Of a stretch of DNA of 64,000 nucleotides, positions 58,432-64,000 are shown in pieces. The translations under genes were made by a program, and so were the position numbers. Below the pieces are notes generated by a model, which ran no database searches, was not told the origin of the DNA, and saw only the letters and a program-made list of their open reading frames with translations. How positions within the stretch are numbered: the stretch's first letter is position 1; each line of letters begins with the position of its first letter. Source of the stretch: a virus; the IMG/VR virus record IMGVR_UViG_3300045988_071562, positions 18,522-82,521 of that record; one strand, 5' to 3'.

Positions 58432-60453
58432 TCAGATTACTTTCAAATCCCCATCTGTCACTCTTAGCACAATCATCTGCCTGTCTAACATAGGTATCCT
58501 GCTTTTGTCAATGCTCTCAGAATCATCAATCCAAAGCGGAAGATTCAGCCCATTCATTTCCTGTAATCCATTCAGTAAATCAACCTCGCAAAGAATTTTG
58601 TCGGAATGATTTAATCCGCTATTGTAGTCAATTCCATTGCAGATCATCTTGCAAGTTTCCACTGGATTTCCCTCAATCGTGTAATCAAGAAAACTAAACT
58701 GGAAATGCTGGAAAAATGGATTGATTTTCTCTGCCAGTGCCTTATTCTTCTGGATTGAGAAGTTAAGAACGGTATCAATGTTCTTTTCAATATCAGCTTG
58801 TACCTGTCCAAGGCTTTTCAGTTCCTCATTCAGTTCGGCTACTCGCTTTTCTTTCTCTGTGACTGCTGCCTGTGCAATATTAATATCTGCATCCACATTG
58901 GAAATCTGTTTCATAACATTGCTGATCTGCATTCTTAATTCCTGTTTCTTTCCAGGAACATCATCAAATGATTTCAGTTTCTCTTCAAGTTCTGCAATTC
59001 TCGCTGTAACCGCAAGATATTCTTCATCATTTGTCATATCTACAGATTCTGGAAGCTCCGTAAATTTGGACTGTTCTTCCTCAATCTGCTTAGTGAGTTC
59101 AGCAACTTCATCCTGCGCCGCACTGATTTCCGACTGTAATTTGTTGATTTCCTCGTTGGTTTTCTTTAATTTTGCAGAAGCAGAATTTCCAATGTCGCAA
59201 ATTCCTTTTAACTGGTTCTGCTTTGCTGATTCCCAATTTTTCTTTTGGGTTAATTCAGTTTCAATTCTAAACTTCTTCTTTTCTTCAAAGGAGGCTTTCA
59301 ATTCGGCAACCTGTTCTTCCGGCAGTTCCTGTCCGCAGGTGGGGCAAATGGTATCAGAATCATTGAATGTTTCAGCTTCAATAGCTTTCAGTCTAGAATC
59401 ATTCCACTCCTTTTCTTTGATTCTTGGATAGTCCTGTCTGGCTCTATCCAAGTCAGCTTTTGCCTGTTTTGCTTCCCTTATGTGGTTATCCAGTTCCATT
59501 TCCAACATTCGGATAGCTGATTCTTTTTCAATTTTATTTTTTGCAAGGTCGTAATACACATTCATAATGGCTGCTTTTTTGTCTTTCAGCTCTTTGTCTG
59601 CCTTGCTAACCAGACCATCCCTGGAAGATTTCAAACCACGGATTTCATATGAAAGGCTGTCGTAACCTTTTGATGAATCTTCAAGAATCCGTTCCTGTTC
59701 TTCCAGTTTGGAAAGTTCCGCATTAAGCTCCTGTTTTTTGGATTCTAAGGAGGAAGTATCTTCTGCTTCAACGCTTCGATTGGTTTCATATGCAATCTCC
59801 GTGTTTTTGGCATCCACCTTTTTCTTCTGTGCATTTAGTTCCTTTCGGAGCTTCTTCAAGGTATCCTCTACGGAATGCCCCTTTGTGATTTCTTCCACAT
59901 GAGCATACTGTGGATTCTCTTCCATAAACTGAGCAATATCGAAACCAGACATCTTTTCCAGTACCTTTCTGGATTCTGCGGTTGACTTCTGTAATGTGTC
60001 CAGAAATGGTTTTGGATTACTGCACATCAGAAGCGTTGAAGGTTCTGCTATTGACTGAATGAACTCGGTATAATCCTTTGATTTAGCCGGGAATCCGTCA
60101 ATTTCATAAGAAGTTTCATTTCCATCGAACGCCTCTTCGGACTGTCCTCTCGGTTTTCTCCACTTCTGTTTTGTGATTTTGCGGATTACTTTTTCTTTTC
60201 CATCAATCGAAAGCGTAAGCTCTCTTACAACATCAACCTTTGGCACTTCCACACCATTTTCTTTTCTACGAATAGAAGTAGGTTCTGTACCATTTGCCAT
60301 CTTTCCTGTCAGAACGTCCAAATATGCGTCCTGTAATGTGGATTTTCCTTCTCTGTTTCTGCCAGAAATCTCTGTTCTCGGAAACAAATCTACAGACTTA
60401 CTCGGAAACTTCTTGTAATTCTCCAGCAAAATTTTTTTCACTTCCACTTTCAT
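58432..60453 (-). CDS. Rad50/SbcC-like SMC-type ATPase with a CxxC zinc hook
   Basis: Walker A is in ..ISGRNREGKSTLQDA.. A long coiled coil with a central ..DTICPTCGQELPEEQ.. follows. The C-terminal Walker B/D-loop is ..LNLPLWIDDSESID.. 673 aa. Confidence 0.75.
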   Translation of the reverse strand: MKVEVKKILLENYKKFPSKSVDLFPRTEISGRNREGKSTLQDAYLDVLTGKMANGTEPTSIRRKENGVEVPKVDVVRELTLSIDGKEKVIRKITKQKWRKPRGQSEEAFDGNETSYEIDGFPAKSKDYTEFIQSIAEPSTLLMCSNPKPFLDTLQKSTAESRKVLEKMSGFDIAQFMEENPQYAHVEEITKGHSVEDTLKKLRKELNAQKKKVDAKNTEIAYETNRSVEAEDTSSLESKKQELNAELSKLEEQERILEDSSKGYDSLSYEIRGLKSSRDGLVSKADKELKDKKAAIMNVYYDLAKNKIEKESAIRMLEMELDNHIREAKQAKADLDRARQDYPRIKEKEWNDSRLKAIEAETFNDSDTICPTCGQELPEEQVAELKASFEEKKKFRIETELTQKKNWESAKQNQLKGICDIGNSASAKLKKTNEEINKLQSEISAAQDEVAELTKQIEEEQSKFTELPESVDMTNDEEYLAVTARIAELEEKLKSFDDVPGKKQELRMQISNVMKQISNVDADINIAQAAVTEKEKRVAELNEELKSLGQVQADIEKNIDTVLNFSIQKNKALAEKINPFFQHFQFSFLDYTIEGNPVETCKMICNGIDYNSGLNHSDKILCEVDLLNGLQEMNGLNLPLWIDDSESIDKSRIPMLDRQMIVLRVTDGDLKVI

Positions 60454-61060
60454 GCTCGATTATCCTCCCTATTGATACCTCATATGCAGTTCTAAGCTCT
60501 ACTTCATCACCAGATAATTTTTTCTGATAAATCCGGCTCTGGATTCTTCCGATTATGCTTACGTAATCACCGACCTTGAAATTAGCAGCTTCTCTGGCTT
60601 CTTTCCACCATGCCACACATGGAATATAATCCGTTCTTCGCAAGTCATATTCATTGCAAGCAATCATCAAATCACATACTTCTTTTCCTCTTGGTGTTCT
60701 ACGGTACACAGGTGGCTTGCAAAGATAACCTTCCAGAATGATTTTGTTTTCACCTTCTGCACTCCCATCACCATCTCCACACCAGATTGTTTCTGCTTTG
60801 ATTTCAAGAATCAAATGTAACTTTCCACTTTCATGTTTGTTTGAAGAACTGTATCTTCCTTTAACATAGACGTGTTTTCCAATCTTTAAGCCTTCCGTCT
60901 GCTTTTCTTCAACAATTACCGGAAGTAAATCTACGTTCCCGCTGGTACGCTTTGCACCAATATAGAATCTTACGAATTTTTCTCCGTCCTTGAAAAATGT
61001 TCCTGGCTGAATATCCATTATTACGCCAAATATCTGAACTTCATTCTTATTATTCTTCAT
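60398..61060 (-). CDS. SSB-like protein with two OB-fold halves, paralog B
   Basis: First half: ..EVQIFGVI..FYIGAKRTSGNVDLLPVIVEE..VYVKGRYSS.. Second half: ..ILEGYLCKPPVYRRTPRGKEVCDLMIACN..DYIPCVAWWKEAREAANFKVGDYVSIIGRIQSRIY.. Confidence 0.6.
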   Translation of the reverse strand: MKNNKNEVQIFGVIMDIQPGTFFKDGEKFVRFYIGAKRTSGNVDLLPVIVEEKQTEGLKIGKHVYVKGRYSSSNKHESGKLHLILEIKAETIWCGDGDGSAEGENKIILEGYLCKPPVYRRTPRGKEVCDLMIACNEYDLRRTDYIPCVAWWKEAREAANFKVGDYVSIIGRIQSRIYQKKLSGDEVELRTAYEVSIGRIIEHESGSEKNFAGELQEVSE

Positions 61061-61667
61061 CCTCCAATTTCTCCATTTCTTTTACGGAAATCTCATATAC
61101 ACTTTCCGTTTCTTCTCCATTAACATAAACATCACGGCTCATTAACCTGCCAGTTACTTTAATGTAATCATTTCTTTTAACCTCTACCGCCAGATCAGCA
61201 CCTTTTCCCCATAAAATACAGCGAATAAAATCCGCTCTTTCCGAATAATCCCTTGGAATTGCCACGAAAAGATTTGAAACTTTCCTGTGCGTTACTGGTG
61301 TAAGTTTTGCATATGGCTCTTTCGTGCAACTTCTGGCAATAAACTCTACTTCGTTTATATCACCTTCCGGAACCTGTCCATCCAGGATTTCCACTTCATC
61401 AGCTGCGATATAATTAACATTGTGGTGCTTATTTGGATTTTTAGAAGTGTCCATGCTTCTGATTACACCTGTTACCACAACTTCTTTTCCGTTATAATTA
61501 TTGTCTCGTACAATGGAATCTTCTATAACGATTGGGAACATATCTACTGCACCACTTTTGCGAATAACTGTCAGCATGAATTTGTAATAGTATCTTCCGT
61601 AATGTTCATGGCTGAATACTATTTCCCCGGCTCTACCGGATAATCTTACTTTATTTAATCTTTGCAT
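61050..61667 (-). CDS. SSB-like protein with two OB-fold halves, paralog A
   Basis: First half: ..NKVRLSGRAGEI..FMLTVIRKSGAVDMFPIVIED..VVVTGVIRS.. Second half: ..VEFIARSCTKEPYAKLTPVTHRKVSNLFVAIPR..DFIRCILWGKGADLAVEVKRNDYIKVTGRLMSRDV.. Confidence 0.6.
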   Translation of the reverse strand: MQRLNKVRLSGRAGEIVFSHEHYGRYYYKFMLTVIRKSGAVDMFPIVIEDSIVRDNNYNGKEVVVTGVIRSMDTSKNPNKHHNVNYIAADEVEILDGQVPEGDINEVEFIARSCTKEPYAKLTPVTHRKVSNLFVAIPRDYSERADFIRCILWGKGADLAVEVKRNDYIKVTGRLMSRDVYVNGEETESVYEISVKEMEKLEDEE

Positions 61668-61844
61668 TTACTTTTCCTCCGCTCCTAATATAATAGGAAG
61701 AAACACCATTGAGAATAAGACCGTTGATACGAAGAACACCCCAATAACATCAAATGATGTAAGCATCCATGTAATTGAGAAGATTACTGTAAACATCCCT
61801 ATCCCTACAAATATTTCTTCTATTGTCTTTACCACCTCTTTCAT
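61668..61844 (-). CDS. Small membrane protein (58 aa)
   Basis: Below the track cutoff. ATG 61844 lies behind GTGAGGA. Reads MKEVVKTIEEIFVGIGMFTVIFSITWMLTSFDVIGVFFVSTVLFSMVFLPIILGAEEK. Confidence 0.45.
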   Translation of the reverse strand: MKEVVKTIEEIFVGIGMFTVIFSITWMLTSFDVIGVFFVSTVLFSMVFLPIILGAEEK

Positions 61845-61851
61845 TTTGTCC

Positions 61852-61986
61852 TCACTTTCTTCTGGATGTGGTTACTGCAAGTGCAGCTGCCAGAATAGCG
61901 ATAATTATATTTCTTGCCATCAGCTTTTCTTCCAGATCAGCAATGATTTCACTGGAAAGTGGCTGATTTTCGCCATTTTTTTGCAT
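61852..61986 (-). CDS. Small tail-anchored membrane protein (44 aa)
   Basis: ATG 61986 lies 7 nt after AGGAGG. Reads MQKNGENQPLSSEIIADLEEKLMARNIIIAILAAALAVTTSRRK. Confidence 0.45.
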   Translation of the reverse strand: MQKNGENQPLSSEIIADLEEKLMARNIIIAILAAALAVTTSRRK

Positions 61987-62114
61987 AAAAAATCCTCCTG
62001 TTATAATTTCATTTGTCAAATACAGGAGAATGTGTTATAATTCCCTTGTATTTAACTTAGTCCAATTAAGTTAGATACCGTCCTGGTTGGTGTGCCAGCA
62101 CCTTCCAGGGCAAC

Positions 62115-62300
62115 TTAATCTACTTTTTCCTTTGGTTCCATCGCATCAAGCCCCAGCATTCTAAAGACCATGTCCTTAGTAAAGTCGTAATCCTTTACGT
62201 TTCTCGCCCAAGCTTCAAATGCTTTTAATCTGCCAACCAGAACAGCGTATTCCTCATTGGAATTTTCTGGAACGAAATCTGTGCTGTTATTCTCTCCCAT
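62115..62300 (-). CDS. Hypothetical protein (61 aa)
   Basis: Start moved to ATG 62300, 7 nt after GGAGG. Confidence 0.45.
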   Translation of the reverse strand: MGENNSTDFVPENSNEEYAVLVGRLKAFEAWARNVKDYDFTKDMVFRMLGLDAMEPKEKVD

Positions 62301-62302
62301 AA

Positions 62303-62584
62303 TTAATCCTCCTTCCCACTCATTTCCCAAGCCGCCTTCAACATTCCAGCTGCAAGAATCAAAGATAATTCCTTATTTTTCTCTATAACTTTCTCTCTGC
62401 GTTCCTCATCACTCAAGAAGCCTACTTCAGCGGAATCCTTAAGAATTTTAATTGCTTCCTTCTCACTGATTTTCCCGTTTTCAACCATTTCTTTCTTAAG
62501 GGAATCTGTAAGGACAGCATACTCTGCCAAGAGATCTGCCATGACTCCCTCGATTTTGATGGTTTCGTTTTTAATTTTGATCAT
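62303..62584 (-). CDS. Hypothetical protein (93 aa)
   Basis: From the ORF track, with a GGGAGG SD. Confidence 0.5.
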   Translation of the reverse strand: MIKIKNETIKIEGVMADLLAEYAVLTDSLKKEMVENGKISEKEAIKILKDSAEVGFLSDEERREKVIEKNKELSLILAAGMLKAAWEMSGKED

Positions 62585-62630
62585 GTTGTTTTTCCTCCCT
62601 GTTTTCTTTAATAAGAATATCTACTTTGAT

Positions 62631-63308
62631 TCAATCATTGCATTCTCGAATCAGCATTTTTGTATTTGTACACGGTTGCCAACCCTTGATGTATTTCACA
62701 GCTTCCTCATATCTCAATTTTGGAATATTGTTTCTTGCGTTTACACCGAAATAAGATTTCACATCCCTATTGCACTCTGCAAATACCTTCTTTCCGATTT
62801 CTGAGTAAGCATTGGAATCCTTACCGCCCAGTGCTTCAATAACCACTATTGAAACCAAATCACCAATGTATTTTTGTTGACCATAGTCGATTGTCATTGT
62901 ATTTTCAAGTTTTTCGATTCTTTCCTCATGGTCTGCTGTACCCTGGGCGAGAAGTTGAATCTGTTCTGCGACTGTCAATGGTTTCTGATAGGAACCTGTT
63001 TTACGAATAGTTGGTAGGATTTCATCCATAACCCATGATTCGAATTTCTCCGCGGATGGAAGCTTTGACTTCATAATCAAACGGTACAAATCTCCCTCTG
63101 ATATGAAGCTTGCTTCTTGGCTCCTGCCAAGAGAATCTGTGAGGTGGTGTTTTACCACCCCACGGCAATGCTGTTTAAGTGCATTAACCGTGTCCTTATA
63201 GCCAAGTGCCTTCGCTACATCTGCACCAACAAAATACGGTTTACCGTCAATCTCTACCGTCCGAATATCTCCGAACTCTGGCGAATTAAAAATCTGTAAT
63301 TCGTTCAT
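62631..63308 (-). CDS. Antirepressor, Bro-N domain plus ORF6C-like C-terminus
   Basis: MNELQIFNSPEFGDIRTVEIDGKPYFVGADVAKALGYKDTVNALKQHC..EGDLYRLIMKSKLPSAEKFESWVMDEILPTIRKTG is the Bro-N signature. Confidence 0.8.
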   Translation of the reverse strand: MNELQIFNSPEFGDIRTVEIDGKPYFVGADVAKALGYKDTVNALKQHCRGVVKHHLTDSLGRSQEASFISEGDLYRLIMKSKLPSAEKFESWVMDEILPTIRKTGSYQKPLTVAEQIQLLAQGTADHEERIEKLENTMTIDYGQQKYIGDLVSIVVIEALGGKDSNAYSEIGKKVFAECNRDVKSYFGVNARNNIPKLRYEEAVKYIKGWQPCTNTKMLIRECND

Positions 63309-63322
63309 TAGTCTCCTTTCTG

Positions 63323-63331
63323 TGATATAAT
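63323..63331 (+). promoter_or_regulatory. Extended -10 promoter element TGaTATAAT
   Basis: Lies 26 nt upstream of ATG 63357, and GGAGG follows it. Confidence 0.45.
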
Positions 63332-63356
63332 CTCCTTTAGGAAGGAGGTGTTAACA

Positions 63357-63536
63357 ATGGATAACTTTCAAATTGCTCACGACTTAGCTGTTGTCAAAGC
63401 AGTTAAGGAAGGTTCTGGTTCAAAAGAAATTCTTAAATTGTACCACGCATACAACGATGAATTTCTTACCTTGTTAAGCAAAGAACCTGTCAAAGTTGGA
63501 AAAGCAACTGCAACAGAATACCCATCAGCTAAATAA
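63357..63536 (+). CDS. Hypothetical protein (59 aa), divergent from the antirepressor
   Basis: Start moved to ATG 63357, 10 nt after GGAGG. Reads MDNFQIAHDLAVVKAVKEGSGSKEILKLYHAYNDEF.. Confidence 0.5.
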   Translation: MDNFQIAHDLAVVKAVKEGSGSKEILKLYHAYNDEFLTLLSKEPVKVGKATATEYPSAK

Positions 63537-63544
63537 TTATCTGG

Positions 63545-63578
63545 TGTGCTTTATGTAATCTCTTTTACATAGAGCACA
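63545..63578. terminator. 14-bp-stem hairpin between convergent genes
   Basis: TGTGCTTTATGTAA (63545-63558) pairs with TTACATAGAGCACA (63565-63578), with one G-U pair. Confidence 0.5.
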
Positions 63579-63730
63579 TCTACTGGGTTAAATTTCAAAC
63601 AGTATTGCTTCCCACTGTCATCCCATTCTAAACAAATCAGTTTGGGCTTAATATCCGGGCTTACAATTCCATTCTGAAATACACACGGAATTTCGATTGT
63701 TTCCCCATTTTTAAATTTGATAATTGTCAT
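63551..63730 (-). CDS. Hypothetical protein (59 aa)
   Basis: Below the track cutoff. ATG 63730 lies behind GAGAGG. Reads MTIIKFKNGETIEIPCVFQNGIVSPDIKPKLICLEWDDSGKQYCLKFNPVDVLYVKEIT. Confidence 0.4.
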   Translation of the reverse strand: MTIIKFKNGETIEIPCVFQNGIVSPDIKPKLICLEWDDSGKQYCLKFNPVDVLYVKEIT

Positions 63731-63745
63731 CTTCCAACCTCTCTT

Positions 63746-63904
63746 CTAATCTAAATCAACAGTTTCTTTTTTATCTGTTTTTTGTTCCAGGCTGTTATCA
63801 GAAAAACTTTCCACTTTCCCAAGAATGTAGCCTTTATCAAATTCCGACATCTTAGGAATTGCTTCTTTCAGCTTTTCTACGATTTTTTTTTCTTTTTCTG
63901 ACAT
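63746..63904 (-). CDS. Hypothetical protein (52 aa)
   Basis: ATG 63904 lies behind AAAGGAAG. Reads MSEKEKKIVEKLKEAIPKMSEFDKGYILGKVESFSDNSLEQKTDKKETVDLD. Confidence 0.4.
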   Translation of the reverse strand: MSEKEKKIVEKLKEAIPKMSEFDKGYILGKVESFSDNSLEQKTDKKETVDLD

Positions 63905-63926
63905 TATCTATTTCACTTCCTTTCTT

Positions 63927-64000
63927 CTACGCACAATATTTAATTTCGTATTCAGTTACGATTTTGGAGAAAATCTCTCGCAGCTTTTTATCGTCATCGA
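63927..64000 (-). CDS. 3' end of a gene entering from beyond the window
   Basis: The open minus-strand frame ..DDDKKLREIFSKIVTEYEIKYCA ends at TAG (63927-63929). Confidence 0.3.
   Translation of the reverse strand, partial: DDDKKLREIFSKIVTEYEIKYCA

Overview
This is a 64-kb segment of a temperate, siphovirus-type phage or prophage from a low-GC Firmicute, with Clostridia-like gene content. No host housekeeping genes are visible. There are about 125 genes, almost all on the minus strand.

Reading the minus strand from high to low coordinates:
- 64-61.7 kb: antirepressor and small early genes.
- 61.7-39.3 kb: recombination and replication block. It holds two tandem dual-OB SSB-like paralogs, a Rad50/SbcC-like ATPase, about 1.1 kb of ORF-free repeat DNA, a RecT-like protein, an MBL-fold hydrolase, SSB, HNH and GIY-YIG endonucleases, a frame-broken DNA methyltransferase, a MazG-like / radical-SAM / DUF4317 trio, and a replisome organiser with a G39P-like loader.
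- 39.0-29.1 kb: lysogeny and accessory island. It holds a large serine integrase, a DUF4417-like gene, a 1-kb non-coding region, a plus-strand five-gene block behind divergent consensus promoters, two candidate sRNAs, a TerS-like gene, XRE regulators and a small serine resolvase/invertase.
- 29.1-21.8 kb: second accessory stretch with an RHH protein, four tRNAs, many zinc-ribbon mini-proteins and an RtcB cassette.
- 21.7-0.7 kb: packaging and virion module. It holds TerL, portal, scaffold, capsid and connector genes, a roughly 4-kb insertion of low-complexity Cys/Gly/Gln-rich proteins with a sigma-like regulator, a fibre-like protein, neck genes, the major tail protein, G/T chaperones with a -1 slippery site, and a 1632-aa tape measure.
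- Left edge: a truncated antirepressor.

The most unusual observations:
1. 55964-57751: a family of hairpin-bracketed arrays of T(G/A)T triplets held in strict 5-nt phase. A 207-aa protein with a RAMP-like Gly-rich C-terminus, a 65-aa beta-rich protein and the OB-fold paralogs lie next to it.
2. The spore-coat-like low-complexity gene island inside the head-tail joining module.
3. The rtcB cassette, flanked by 15-bp direct repeats, next to a tRNA cluster.
4. Several -1 frame arrangements: G/T chaperone, capsid extension and methyltransferase.

All family assignments are from motif recognition by eye. No searches were run.
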